From a virus, in IMG/VR virus record IMGVR_UViG_3300020185_000025, positions 1 to 64,000 of that record: a stretch of DNA of 64,000 bases, one strand, 5' to 3'. The notes beneath the pieces are model-generated. The model was not told the origin of the DNA, ran no database searches, and saw only the letters and a list, made by a program, of their open reading frames with translations. Position numbers and translations under genes: made by a program. Shown piece after piece: positions 45,794 through 55,775 of the stretch (its first letter is position 1; each line of letters begins with the position of its first letter).

Positions 45794-45822
45794 TTGACAT
45801 CTGACTGAAAAATTGTTATAAT
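45794..45822 (+). promoter_or_regulatory. sigma70 promoter
   Basis: TTGACA-N17-TATAAT. Confidence 0.8.
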
Positions 45823-45860
45823 AGATCTGTTCAATTCAATAATAAGAGTTGAACGGATTT
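45823..45860 (+). other. 15-bp RNA hairpin
   Basis: AGATCTGTTCAATTC-N8-GAGTTGAACGGATTT with three G-U pairs. Confidence 0.55.
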
Positions 45861-45885
45861 ATTTACACTAAACAAAAAATAACTA

Positions 45886-45914
45886 TTGACATATCACGTT
45901 AACTAGTATATAAT
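45886..45914 (+). promoter_or_regulatory. sigma70 promoter (gp33-59-32)
   Basis: TTGACA-N17-TATAAT. Confidence 0.85.
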
Positions 45915-45925
45915 ACAAGGTATAC

Positions 45926-46201
45926 ATGACAAAAAAAGATTCTAAGGAAAACACTGATATGTCCGTTGTCGCTCTAACACCAGATAAAATACACCACGAA
46001 ATATCTCATCATATTTCAAAAGGAGTACCGTACATCGATGCTCTATGCCACTTCGCTGATAAGAATGGTATTGAAATTGAAACGATTGCACAAATCGTAA
46101 AGAAGAGTTCTGTACTGAAAGAAAAGATACGGACTGAAGCAGTTGACTTGAGAATGGTGAAAAAAGAAGATGAACAAGATATCACAGACTTTAGTAAGTG
46201 A
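45926..46201 (+). CDS. gp33: late transcription co-activator
   Basis: YIDAL.HF...NGIEIE.......LKEKI..EA; synteny with gp59. Confidence 0.85.
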   Translation: MTKKDSKENTDMSVVALTPDKIHHEISHHISKGVPYIDALCHFADKNGIEIETIAQIVKKSSVLKEKIRTEAVDLRMVKKEDEQDITDFSK

Positions 46202-46775
46202 TGATTCGTTTAATACATACGTAAAATTTCTGGCATTAAAGAAACATTTTACAACGGACAATTACGATTACTTCAAATATAATGGAAAGGTACGAGCAAA
46301 CTTTGATACCTTTATGTCGCGAAACGATGCATATTCGTTCGCAAAATTATCGAAAAAAGAGGACCCACAAGGTCTAATTTTGAGTAATCTTTTAATAAAT
46401 AAAAACATCTGGGTTCGAGATTTACTCGACAGTGAAGGAGAAGCCAGATACACGAATTGGAGGAAGAGGGTAGAATCATTAGGTTATATCTTCAAATCCG
46501 AGCTTGCTCATCTTAATGATGAATACAAGCGAAACTTTATATCAATAGATGGACAACATCCTTTGGTAATGACTCTGTTATTACAGAAGAAGATTAGTTT
46601 GGAAACATTTACTATTCTTTCTCATCAAGCGAATATATTTTCGTATTGGCAAGAAAAAGTAGTTGACAAACACGTATCTTTTGATATAATAAACAAATCG
46701 CGAAAGTATAAACCCTTTCTCGATTTTGAGCCGAAGCGATTCCAAAAGTTAATTAAGGATCACTTTGGTATTTAA
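46170..46775 (+). CDS. gp59: helicase loader
   Basis: LALKKHFT...YDYFKYNGK, ISLET. Confidence 0.92.
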   Translation: MNKISQTLVSDDSFNTYVKFLALKKHFTTDNYDYFKYNGKVRANFDTFMSRNDAYSFAKLSKKEDPQGLILSNLLINKNIWVRDLLDSEGEARYTNWRKRVESLGYIFKSELAHLNDEYKRNFISIDGQHPLVMTLLLQKKISLETFTILSHQANIFSYWQEKVVDKHVSFDIINKSRKYKPFLDFEPKRFQKLIKDHFGI

Positions 46776-46820
46776 TAAAATACTACGCAATATAACGCTA
46801 TATATAAAGGAGAACTAATT

Positions 46821-47747
46821 ATGGCACTAACAGACTTTTCTTCACTCAAGAAGAACCGTTCGAAGACTCTCGACAAGTTGAATTCACAACTCGAAAAGAT
46901 TTCTTCAAAATCATATCAAGACCCTAACGCAGGGAAATTCTGGAAACCTACAAGAGATAAGGCAGGAAATGGCTTCGCAGTCATTCGATTCCTACCAGCC
47001 TCTAAAGGTGAAGAGATGCCTTTCGTAAGGATTTGGGATCATGGATTCCAAGGTCCTACAGGTCTTTGGTATATCGAAAACTCTTTAACAACATTGAACC
47101 AGGATGATCCTGTATCAGAGTTTAATTCTAAACTTTGGAACAGTGGTGTTGAGTCAGACAAGGAACAAGCACGTAAACAGAAGCGTAGGCTGAAGTATAC
47201 TGCTAATATTATTGTCGTTAAAGACCCAGCAAATCCTGAGAATGAAGGTAAAGTATTCATGTATCAGTTTGGTAAAAAGATCTTTGATAAGTTGAATGAT
47301 TTAATGAATCCAACTTTTGAAGATGAAGAACCAACCAATCCGTTTGATCTATGGGAAGGTGCAAACTTTCGTTTAAAGATCAGACAGTTTGAAGGTTATC
47401 CAAACTACGATAAATCTGAATTTGATCCTGCGTCTCCATTGTCTGATGACGATGCTGAGTTGGAAAGAATTTGGGGAGAACAACATTCTCTACAGGAATT
47501 GGTATCTGAAAGTAACTTCAAAACTTACACAGAACTGAAAACTAAATTGTATCGTGTACTTGATCTACAAAATGATGAACCGACTGCTTCTGCACCGGTA
47601 ACTGAAACGGCTGACGAATTGGATTTATCCGATATGTCTAATGATACTTCTGAACCGGTTATGGCAACTGCCGAACCATCAGTAGGATCAACCGCAAGTG
47701 ATGATGATGATGACCTTAGTATATTTAAGGAATTGGCACGTAGTTAA
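46821..47747 (+). CDS. gp32: single-stranded DNA-binding protein
   Basis: FWKP..DKAGNG.AVIRFLP, YIENSLTT, FGKKIFDK, acidic tail. Confidence 0.95.
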   Translation: MALTDFSSLKKNRSKTLDKLNSQLEKISSKSYQDPNAGKFWKPTRDKAGNGFAVIRFLPASKGEEMPFVRIWDHGFQGPTGLWYIENSLTTLNQDDPVSEFNSKLWNSGVESDKEQARKQKRRLKYTANIIVVKDPANPENEGKVFMYQFGKKIFDKLNDLMNPTFEDEEPTNPFDLWEGANFRLKIRQFEGYPNYDKSEFDPASPLSDDDAELERIWGEQHSLQELVSESNFKTYTELKTKLYRVLDLQNDEPTASAPVTETADELDLSDMSNDTSEPVMATAEPSVGSTASDDDDDLSIFKELARS

Positions 47748-47755
47748 ACAACTGT

Positions 47756-47781
47756 GGGGGACCTTCGGGTCCCTTATCTTT
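47756..47781 (+). terminator. terminator after gp32
   Basis: GGGGACC-TTCG-GGTCCCT followed by T-rich tail. Confidence 0.75.
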
Positions 47782-47794
47782 CTAGGAGGACATT

Positions 47795-48079
47795 ATGTCT
47801 ATTGAAAAAGAAACAACCATTCTCGATTTTGATTTTGGTTTTACAGCTGTGGACGCTGACGAACTAGAAGTAGTTCAACAAGCCAAAGAAGTTGCTACAA
47901 CTTCAAATGCTACCGCAGAATCTAATGCAGCCAAAGCGCAGTTATTATATGACGCAGTAGTTCCTTTAATAAACAACTTAAAAGCTAACCCTGAAAAGGA
48001 TTACATCTATTGGCCAAACCGATATGAAAAACTCGATGCGTTCGCTGATAAGTTACATCAAATTCTAAGTGGAGAATAA
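47795..48079 (+). CDS. conserved phage hypothetical protein
   Basis: FDFGFTAVD...NPEKDYIYWPNR. Confidence 0.7.
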   Translation: MSIEKETTILDFDFGFTAVDADELEVVQQAKEVATTSNATAESNAAKAQLLYDAVVPLINNLKANPEKDYIYWPNRYEKLDAFADKLHQILSGE

Positions 48080-48082
48080 AAT

Positions 48083-49147
48083 ATGAGTTTACTCGATAAA
48101 ATGTTGAAGGCAGGATCAGTAAAGCAGGCAGCTGCTCTAAATGATTCCGCTTTCTTTAAAGATAAGGATCCTATTCAAACAGAACTACCTATTGTAAATA
48201 TTGCATTTAGTGGTTCGTTGAAAGGTGGTCTTATCCCAGGTCTTACAGTTGTAGCAGGAGAATCAAAAAGTTTCAAAACTTTGCTCGGCTTATACTGTAT
48301 GAAGGCTTATTTGAAAAAGTACCCGAAAGGTGTTGCTTTGTTATACGATTCTGAATATGGTATTACACCAGAGTATTTAGAATCTTTTGATATTGATACT
48401 AGTAGAGTACTTCATATTCCGATTGAAGATGTTGAACAATTAAAGTTTGATATTGTTGGTCGTTTAGACGAAGTATCTAAAGGTGACAACATAATGGTAA
48501 TGATTGATTCAATTGGTAACCTTGCTTCAAAGAAAGAAGTTGAGGATGCATTGAATGAAAAATCAGTTGCTGATATGTCGAGAGCAAAAGCTCTTAAGTC
48601 ATTGTTTAGAATTATTACGCCTAGACTAACTACAAAGGACATTCCTTGTATTGCGGTCAACCATACATATAAAGAAATTGGATTATTCCCAAAGAATATT
48701 ATTTCAGGTGGTACAGGTATTTACTATTCTGCTAATCAGATCTTTATTATATCTAAGGCTCAAGAGAAAGATGGTACTGACCTCGCAGGTTGGAAGTTTA
48801 CTATCAATATCGAAAAGTCAAGATATGTAAAAGAGAAAGCAAAATTACCGTTTAAGGTATTGTATGATTCAGGTATTCAAAAGAACAGTTCCTTAATGGA
48901 TCTTGCGATTGAATCCGGTCATATCCAAAAAGCTACACAAGGTTGGTATAATCTAACTGATCTTAGTACTGGTGAAATTATTGAACCGAAACGTAGAGGC
49001 AAGGATATTGAAGATGATAATGATTTCTTCAAAGAATTATGTCAAAACGATTCATTCAATACATTCGTAGAACGTAAATATAAACTTCAAAATGTGGAGG
49101 GAAACAATGCTCGAGAAGACAATCTTATCGAATCTGATTCTGAATGA
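48083..49147 (+). CDS. uvsX: RecA-like recombinase UvsX
   Basis: AGESKSFKT, YDSEYG, IDSIGNLASKKE, ADMSRAK. Confidence 0.95.
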   Translation: MSLLDKMLKAGSVKQAAALNDSAFFKDKDPIQTELPIVNIAFSGSLKGGLIPGLTVVAGESKSFKTLLGLYCMKAYLKKYPKGVALLYDSEYGITPEYLESFDIDTSRVLHIPIEDVEQLKFDIVGRLDEVSKGDNIMVMIDSIGNLASKKEVEDALNEKSVADMSRAKALKSLFRIITPRLTTKDIPCIAVNHTYKEIGLFPKNIISGGTGIYYSANQIFIISKAQEKDGTDLAGWKFTINIEKSRYVKEKAKLPFKVLYDSGIQKNSSLMDLAIESGHIQKATQGWYNLTDLSTGEIIEPKRRGKDIEDDNDFFKELCQNDSFNTFVERKYKLQNVEGNNAREDNLIESDSE

Positions 49148-50558
49148 GGACTTTTGCCGTAAGGTATTTCCATATTTAAAAGAAGATTACTTCGATGATA
49201 CTGTTCTTCGTAAAGTATTTGAAACGGCTTCTGAGTACCTTGAAAAGTACAAGGAGCCGCCTTCTCTTGAAGCTTTAAAGATTGCTGTTGATAAACGAAA
49301 GGATCTGAACGAAGATACGTATCAAGGTGTACATCAGTTAGTCGACAGTATGTCGGTTGATAAAGATACACAAATAGAATTTTTGATTGATGAAACTGAA
49401 AAGTTCTGTCAAGACAAAGATCTATATAATAGTATACGTAAATCAATTCTTATCCTTGATGGCCAGGAGTCAGAAACTGGTAAAGGAGAAATTCCAAAGC
49501 TGTTATCCGATTCGTTGGGTATCAGTTTTGATTCTTCTGTTGGTCATGACTTTCTTGAAGACGTTGATGATCGTTATGAACATTATCATCGCAAAGAAGA
49601 ACGTATCCCTTTTGACATTGACATCTTAAACAAAATTACAAAAGGTGGCATACCTCGTAAATCTATGACTGTTCTGTTGGCAACGACAGGTGGTGGTAAG
49701 TCTTTACTTAAATGTCACATGGCAGCAAATCATTTGATGTATGGAAAGAATGTTCTGTATATTACAATGGAAATGGCTGCTGAAGAAATCGGTCGTCGTA
49801 TTGACGCAAACATTATGGATATTACTCTCGACGAAGTTGCCGAAGTTCCTCGTGATGTATTTGAGAAACGCATAGCCCGATATAAAACAAAGACAACTGG
49901 TAAACTTATTGTGAAGGAGTTCCCAACTGGTTCTGCTCATAGTGGTCACTTCCGACATTTATTGAATGAGTTGAAACTTAAAAAGAATTTTACTCCTGAT
50001 GTTATCTTTCTCGATTACTTGAACATATGTTCATCAGCTCGAGTAAAAGGTGCGGCAGCTGCAAACAGTTATACCTTAGTCAAATCAATTGCAGAAGAAG
50101 TTCGTGGATTGGCAATGGAATATAATTGCGCAGTCGTTACGTCTTCTCAATACAACAGAGATGCGTATGGTAACTCTGACGTTGATCTAACAAATACATC
50201 TGAGTCAATGGGTATTACTCATACGGCTGACTGTATATTAGGTTTGGTCAGTTCTGAATATCTTGACGAAATGAATCAGTTGATGATTAAACAGTTGAAG
50301 AATCGTTGGGGAGACATCAGTTACTATCGTCGATTCCTTGTAGGTATTGAAAGAGCAAAGATGAAGATCTATGAACTCGAAGAATCTGCTCAAGATAATA
50401 TCAATCTCGAAGGTCCATCCGGAGGTGGTGGCCAACCAGGAAAAAAGAACTCATATGATGATGGCGGTCCTGTCTTTGATAAGACCGATATTGGTATGAG
50501 ACTAAATAAAAGAAAGCCTGGTGGTAAAAACATATTTGGAGATGTTGCTTTAACTTGA
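49107..50558 (+). CDS. gp41: replicative DNA helicase
   Basis: TGGGKS, YITMEM, DYLNIC, AEEVRGLA, KQLKNR; start MLEKTIL after GGAGG. Confidence 0.95.
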   Translation: MLEKTILSNLILNEDFCRKVFPYLKEDYFDDTVLRKVFETASEYLEKYKEPPSLEALKIAVDKRKDLNEDTYQGVHQLVDSMSVDKDTQIEFLIDETEKFCQDKDLYNSIRKSILILDGQESETGKGEIPKLLSDSLGISFDSSVGHDFLEDVDDRYEHYHRKEERIPFDIDILNKITKGGIPRKSMTVLLATTGGGKSLLKCHMAANHLMYGKNVLYITMEMAAEEIGRRIDANIMDITLDEVAEVPRDVFEKRIARYKTKTTGKLIVKEFPTGSAHSGHFRHLLNELKLKKNFTPDVIFLDYLNICSSARVKGAAAANSYTLVKSIAEEVRGLAMEYNCAVVTSSQYNRDAYGNSDVDLTNTSESMGITHTADCILGLVSSEYLDEMNQLMIKQLKNRWGDISYYRRFLVGIERAKMKIYELEESAQDNINLEGPSGGGGQPGKKNSYDDGGPVFDKTDIGMRLNKRKPGGKNIFGDVALT

Positions 50559-50565
50559 GGTTCTG

Positions 50566-50573
50566 TATAAATA
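50566..50573 (+). promoter_or_regulatory. late promoter
   Basis: TATAAATA. Confidence 0.7.
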
Positions 50574-50608
50574 AACTCTAGATATATACTAATTTTTATA
50601 GGGTTAAT

Positions 50609-52036
50609 ATGAAAGGCTTTAATACATTCATTACAGAAGCTAGTTTCTTAAAACCTGACTACGTTATAGGACATAAGATTGCTTATAACGGAAAAGGTTT
50701 TAAAGAACTCTCTGCGTTAGGCTACAATGCCGGCGATCATTTTGAAATCATATCTCCGACAAAGGCTGACTATACGTACGGAGATGGATCTGAAGAAAAA
50801 TATTTAAAAGCTCCTAATGGTAAGGTTATTCATATCAAAGGATCTACTTCTTTTAAATCAAGTTCCTTCACTCATGTGAAAGCTTCAGGATCTCCACCAA
50901 CTGGTGCTGAATGGGAAGATGTAATTGTTTATGCCTACAATAAACTCAATAATAAAACAACAGATCCAGAAACAATTGCCGTAGCAGAAAAGTTTAGTAA
51001 CTATATGGATGTTGCTGATAAAATCGCAAGTAACTTCAATAGTCAATTAAAAGCAAAACAATTAGTACAAACTGGTCGTGGTATGGGATCTATTAGTTTA
51101 GGACCTATATGGAAAGAAGTTGGTGCTAAGAATAAAACACCGAAGACCGATATTGCTTCCTCCGATTTCAAAGAAAAGATATCTTTAAAGAAAGCAGGCG
51201 GATCTCAACTTGCCTCACCAACCAAAGCAGAAGCTATCGCAATCGTTAAAGCCGCAATGGCAGAAATGGGCGAAGATAGAGGAATGGCAACTAAACTGGT
51301 TGAAACAATGGAAACAAATATGTCTTCTTTAGTTTCAAGGGTTGCTGCTGGTGAATTGCGAAAACAATCAAAGGCTGGTGTAAAAACTGATGCAGTGATT
51401 GACTTCCAAGCAAAGGATAAAGGGAATAGAGAATTAACTAAAATGCTCGAAGGCCTTATTAATCAAGATACAGCAGTTAACGCTTTATTTAGTAAACATA
51501 TTGTACTTGAAGCAGCAACTGGTAATCATAAATTTGGAAGCGCAGGTTCTCCTGCAGCGGCAAACCTTTTAGGTAAGTTTGATTTAAACGGCGGTATTGA
51601 AGTTCAATCCATTAGTAATATTAAAGATCCAATTATTATTAAATATGCACAAACTGTTAAGCCTGTCGTTTCGTTTAAATCAGGTGGCGGTGGTGCTCCT
51701 GCGTATTCAGCATTACGTTTAGGTATTAAAGAATCAGAAACATTAAGAGGTATTGTATTATCTGAAATGGAACAACTTGATGGCTTAATGTTAACAGAAG
51801 ACTTCCTATCAGAAGGTCCACTTGATATGCTAAAGAAAGCTGGTGATTGGGCAAGAGATAAAGGTACTGCTTTTGTAAATAAAGTTAAATCTGCCGTTTC
51901 TAAAGTTATTGCTAAAATAGGTGCAGTATTTAAAAAGATCGCAAAGATGGGTAAGAAAATGTTTGCTTCTTTAATGCAGTTTATGGGAGTCGAGATTAGA
52001 TCAGCATCAGGTATACCAGGAAGTATTTCTTTATGA
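50609..52036 (+). CDS. putative internal head protein with PD-(D/E)XK-like nuclease motif
   Basis: MKGFNTFITEA N-terminus; GAEWE...PKTD...ISLK. Confidence 0.5.
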   Translation: MKGFNTFITEASFLKPDYVIGHKIAYNGKGFKELSALGYNAGDHFEIISPTKADYTYGDGSEEKYLKAPNGKVIHIKGSTSFKSSSFTHVKASGSPPTGAEWEDVIVYAYNKLNNKTTDPETIAVAEKFSNYMDVADKIASNFNSQLKAKQLVQTGRGMGSISLGPIWKEVGAKNKTPKTDIASSDFKEKISLKKAGGSQLASPTKAEAIAIVKAAMAEMGEDRGMATKLVETMETNMSSLVSRVAAGELRKQSKAGVKTDAVIDFQAKDKGNRELTKMLEGLINQDTAVNALFSKHIVLEAATGNHKFGSAGSPAAANLLGKFDLNGGIEVQSISNIKDPIIIKYAQTVKPVVSFKSGGGGAPAYSALRLGIKESETLRGIVLSEMEQLDGLMLTEDFLSEGPLDMLKKAGDWARDKGTAFVNKVKSAVSKVIAKIGAVFKKIAKMGKKMFASLMQFMGVEIRSASGIPGSISL

Positions 52037-52890
52037 AAAGTTTTAATGAGTTTAATGAAGGACCAAATGATCCTGCGATATTTAAAGCAATCTTTTTAGC
52101 AGGCGGTCCTGGTTCAGGTAAATCTTTTATTGTTGGTAAGACAGCATTACCTGCTCACGGATTTAAAGTTGTTAACTCAGATGATGCATTTGAAGTAGCA
52201 ATGAATAAAGCTGGTTTAACAATGGATGCTGATACTATCTTTTCAACTCAAGGACAAGAGATTCGCGATAAAGCAAAGAAAATAACAAGCGCAAGAATGA
52301 CTGGTTATTTACGTGGTCGTCTCGGTTTAGTTATTGATGGAACAGGTAAGAATGTAGCAAAGATACAAGGTCAAATAAAACAATTAAGATCTCTTGGTTA
52401 TGATGTTGGAATGATATACGTTAATACAGATTTAGATACTGCGATTAAGCGTAATGATATGAGACCAAGATCACTACCAGTTCAACAAGTTACTGCATTA
52501 TGGAAAGAAGTACAAAAGAACATCGGATCATTTAATAGTATGTTTGGTTCTAACTTTGTAGTAATTGATAATTCTGAAGGTGAAAACATTGATAAAGGAA
52601 TTATGGATGGATATAAGTGGGCAGGTAAATTTGCCAAATCTAATATCAACAATCCTAAAGCAAAGAAATGGATTAAACAATATTCAGAAGAACATTTAAA
52701 TATTAATGAAGCTGATTTATCAATGGATCGTGGTTCTATTATTGATATAATTCTTAAAGATGTAAAAGACAAGTTAATGAAGGATGTTATGAAGAACGAT
52801 CTTAGACTTCTTAAAGACATTGCATCAGAAGTAAAAAGAAAAGTAGAAATAGATTTTAAACATAAAGGTAGATTAAGGATTAAAACATAA
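52033..52890 (+). CDS. P-loop kinase (zeta-toxin/Pnk-like)
   Basis: LAGGPGSGKS, VNSDD, LVIDGT, R...R lid. Confidence 0.75.
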   Translation: MKSFNEFNEGPNDPAIFKAIFLAGGPGSGKSFIVGKTALPAHGFKVVNSDDAFEVAMNKAGLTMDADTIFSTQGQEIRDKAKKITSARMTGYLRGRLGLVIDGTGKNVAKIQGQIKQLRSLGYDVGMIYVNTDLDTAIKRNDMRPRSLPVQQVTALWKEVQKNIGSFNSMFGSNFVVIDNSEGENIDKGIMDGYKWAGKFAKSNINNPKAKKWIKQYSEEHLNINEADLSMDRGSIIDIILKDVKDKLMKDVMKNDLRLLKDIASEVKRKVEIDFKHKGRLRIKT

Positions 52891-54122
52891 TGAAGAGTTA
52901 TAATCAATATCTTGCTGAGGCAGATGCCAATCTACATATGACGCATTTAGAAGATGCTGTTATTGACGGCGGTGTAAAAGGTACAAGAAACGTAATTAAC
53001 TATATTCGTAATATCCGAGATATGTTATCGGGTAATACACAAGCTCCTGTTAGTTTAACAACAAAATGGGATGGCGCGCCTGCGATCTTTGCTGGAGTTG
53101 ATCCTGCTGACGGCAAGTTCTTTGTGGCAAAGAAAGGAGTATTTAATAAGACTCCAAAATTATATAAAACAAATGCAGAAATAGATAATGATCTAAGCGG
53201 TGATCTTAATAGCAAATTTAAAGTTGCTTTAAAAGAATTTGCCAAGCTTGGAATTGAAGGAGTGGTACAAGGTGATTTCTTATATACGAACGACGATCTT
53301 AAAACGGAAAATATTGATGGAGAACCGTGTGTTACTTTCCATCCTAATACCATTGTTTACGCGGTACCTAAATCATCAGACCTCGGTAAGACAATTTCAG
53401 GATCCAAGATCGGTGTGGTCTGGCACACAACATACGGAGGATCAACTCTTCAAACAATGTCTGCAAGCTTTGGTCAGGCGATCTCAACAAAACTTAATAA
53501 AGTTAAAACGGTCTGGCACGTAGACGCAACATTCGAAGATAAGTCAGGTACAGCAACAATGACAAAGGCAGAGACTGATAATCTTACAGCCATGTTATCA
53601 AAGGCAGGATCATTGTTTAGAACAATAGATGCTAAGGTTCTAGGCGAACTCGGAACAAACGAAGATTTAAATGTAAAGGTAAATACTTTTATCAATACAA
53701 AGGTTCGTGCAGGAGAGCGTATTGGATCAGTCAAGCCATTCGTTGCGGATCTCCAACGATACATACAACAATATTACCAAAAGGAAGCAGATAAGCGTAA
53801 GACTCCTGCTGGTAAGAAAACGCAAATGGATAAAGCAGCTGCAGTATTACAAATTTTTGATAAAAGAAATACTAAAAAGCTTGAGGCCATATTTACGTTA
53901 TATGATTTGTTCGTTGATATGAAATATGTTATCATTGCGAAACTAAATACTGTTGACGGTATACGAACATTATTAAAAACAAAGAAAGGATTTGAAGTTA
54001 CAGGGCAAGAAGGATTTGTTGCTATTGATCATTATAGTTCGAACGCATTAAAAATTGTTGACCGCATGGGATTCAGTCTTGCTAACTTCTCAGACAAATA
54101 CATTAAAGGGTGGCAAAAATAA
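52890..54122 (+). CDS. conserved T4-like protein with ligase-type nucleotidyltransferase motifs (DUF6267-like)
   Basis: HMTHLED; TKWDG (I), VQGDFL (III), EGFVA (IV), LKIV (V). Confidence 0.6.
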   Translation: MKSYNQYLAEADANLHMTHLEDAVIDGGVKGTRNVINYIRNIRDMLSGNTQAPVSLTTKWDGAPAIFAGVDPADGKFFVAKKGVFNKTPKLYKTNAEIDNDLSGDLNSKFKVALKEFAKLGIEGVVQGDFLYTNDDLKTENIDGEPCVTFHPNTIVYAVPKSSDLGKTISGSKIGVVWHTTYGGSTLQTMSASFGQAISTKLNKVKTVWHVDATFEDKSGTATMTKAETDNLTAMLSKAGSLFRTIDAKVLGELGTNEDLNVKVNTFINTKVRAGERIGSVKPFVADLQRYIQQYYQKEADKRKTPAGKKTQMDKAAAVLQIFDKRNTKKLEAIFTLYDLFVDMKYVIIAKLNTVDGIRTLLKTKKGFEVTGQEGFVAIDHYSSNALKIVDRMGFSLANFSDKYIKGWQK

Positions 54123-54367
54123 TGGCATTCGTAACAGTACCAGGAAGTAATGGAACATGGGAATATGAAAATACAGCAACCGCTACTGATACCTATGTTG
54201 ACTCTCCAGGAACGGTCTCCGCGGGTGTTAGAACATTTACAGTACCTAATTCAGGCGGTTACACAACTCAAACTTATATTAAATGCAGGAAGCCAGGAAA
54301 AACTCTGGTAAATGGTGAAATTAATAAGGACTTTTACGACTATAGATTTAGTCAAGGAACACCGTAG
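54122..54367 (+). CDS. hypothetical protein
   Basis: Coupled ORF, Thr/Gly-rich. Confidence 0.6.
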   Translation: MAFVTVPGSNGTWEYENTATATDTYVDSPGTVSAGVRTFTVPNSGGYTTQTYIKCRKPGKTLVNGEINKDFYDYRFSQGTP

Positions 54368-54389
54368 ATTTAGTTAAGGAATACGAAGA

Positions 54390-55196
54390 ATGGCAATTTG
54401 GAACAAAAATAATCAAGCATACTTACAAGATAATAAAACTTTATTTGAAGCATTTATGTTATCAGATAAAGATGGTAATATTATCAATACGTTTGGCGAG
54501 GCATCTAATATTCCTTTAGCAGCCGGAGAACTAGACGGTTACTCTGCGGTACATAAGTTTGGCATCATTGATGGAACTATTGGAACAGGCTGGTCAACTA
54601 TTTGGGCGCAAGGCGAAAATATTGGAGATCAATTAGCACCTTGGAGAGAAATTGGTGATGCCGGCGTTGTTACTGTTACTTCATCCCTTGCTGGTGATAC
54701 AACTGATGTTACGCTTGAAGGATTAGATGCCGATTATAACTTTCAATCAGAAACATTGACTTTGGCTGGTACTGCTGATGTTGTAGGAACTAAAACTTGG
54801 CATCGTATTAATCGTATGTTTATGGTAACAGAGACAAACGTTGGTAATGTTACTGCAACGATCGGTGCTGATATTGTAAGTTCTATTAAAGCAGGTCGTG
54901 GCCAAACGTTACAAGCTTTTTATACAGTCCCTGCTGGTAAAACTGCTTACCTAACTCATATGCAAGTATCTTCTAGTAAGAACCAAGCTGTTGAAGCATC
55001 ACTCTTTGTAAGACCGTTTGGCGGAGCATTTAGAGTTACTGGTGGTACTATGCTATACCAAATGGAACACACAATCCATTACTCTTCTCCTATTCGAATT
55101 ACTGAAAAGAGTGATATGGACTTTAGAGCTATTGGTGCAGCAAACGGTGTTTTATCAGCATCGTTTGATTTAATATTAGTTGACAACCCTGCCTAA
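54390..55196 (+). CDS. putative virion protein
   Basis: VHKFG, EGLD, YTVPAGKTAYL, EKSD beta-rich composition. Confidence 0.55.
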   Translation: MAIWNKNNQAYLQDNKTLFEAFMLSDKDGNIINTFGEASNIPLAAGELDGYSAVHKFGIIDGTIGTGWSTIWAQGENIGDQLAPWREIGDAGVVTVTSSLAGDTTDVTLEGLDADYNFQSETLTLAGTADVVGTKTWHRINRMFMVTETNVGNVTATIGADIVSSIKAGRGQTLQAFYTVPAGKTAYLTHMQVSSSKNQAVEASLFVRPFGGAFRVTGGTMLYQMEHTIHYSSPIRITEKSDMDFRAIGAANGVLSASFDLILVDNPA

Positions 55197-55208
55197 ATAT
55201 GATATAAT
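55180..55208 (+). promoter_or_regulatory. sigma70 promoter
   Basis: TTGACA-N17-TATAAT. Confidence 0.85.
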
Positions 55209-55241
55209 ATAAATTCTATAATATGAATAAGGTGATCCTCA

Positions 55242-55775
55242 ATGAAAGATGTAACAGTCATAAACTTCTACGGCGGGCCGGGGTCAGGTAAATCTACCGC
55301 TGCTGCCGGTTTGTTCTATCAAATGAAAATCGCAGGCTATAACGTCGAACTGACGGATGAGTTTGCTAAAGAGTGCGTATGGGAAGGTAACATACCAATG
55401 TTGGCAGATCAACTTTGGGTACTCGGTCATCAACACAGAAAGATATTACGATTGTCCGATAAGGTAGATTATATTATTACCGATAGTCCTGTACTCTTAA
55501 GTCCAATATATCGTGAGAGATATGGTGAAGCAATCTATTCAGATCTAATTGACAAAATGGCTTTTGAGTGTTACTGTTTATATAATCATAATATTAACTT
55601 TATGCTAACAAGACCTGATGATTTTGAACAAAACGGTAGAGCACAAGATCTAAAAGAATGTAAAGAAATTGATGATGCAATTATAGAACAGTTTGACCGA
55701 CTTAACATCGGATATATAAATTTAGACTCTAATGATAACGCAGCTGCAGCAATGAGATATATTAAAAGATTATGA
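55242..55775 (+). CDS. P-loop nucleotide kinase/ATPase (NadR-like AAA)
   Basis: YGGPGSGKST, EFAKE, ITDSP. Confidence 0.75.
   Translation: MKDVTVINFYGGPGSGKSTAAAGLFYQMKIAGYNVELTDEFAKECVWEGNIPMLADQLWVLGHQHRKILRLSDKVDYIITDSPVLLSPIYRERYGEAIYSDLIDKMAFECYCLYNHNINFMLTRPDDFEQNGRAQDLKECKEIDDAIIEQFDRLNIGYINLDSNDNAAAAMRYIKRL

Noticed and set aside
46776-46820. T4-style gp32 autoregulatory pseudoknot
   Set aside because: The leader is short and AT-rich with no convincing stems
52033-52890. Zeta toxin-antitoxin module
   Set aside because: No epsilon-like antitoxin; late-operon context and coupling to a ligase-fold gene favour another kinase role, though this is not excluded
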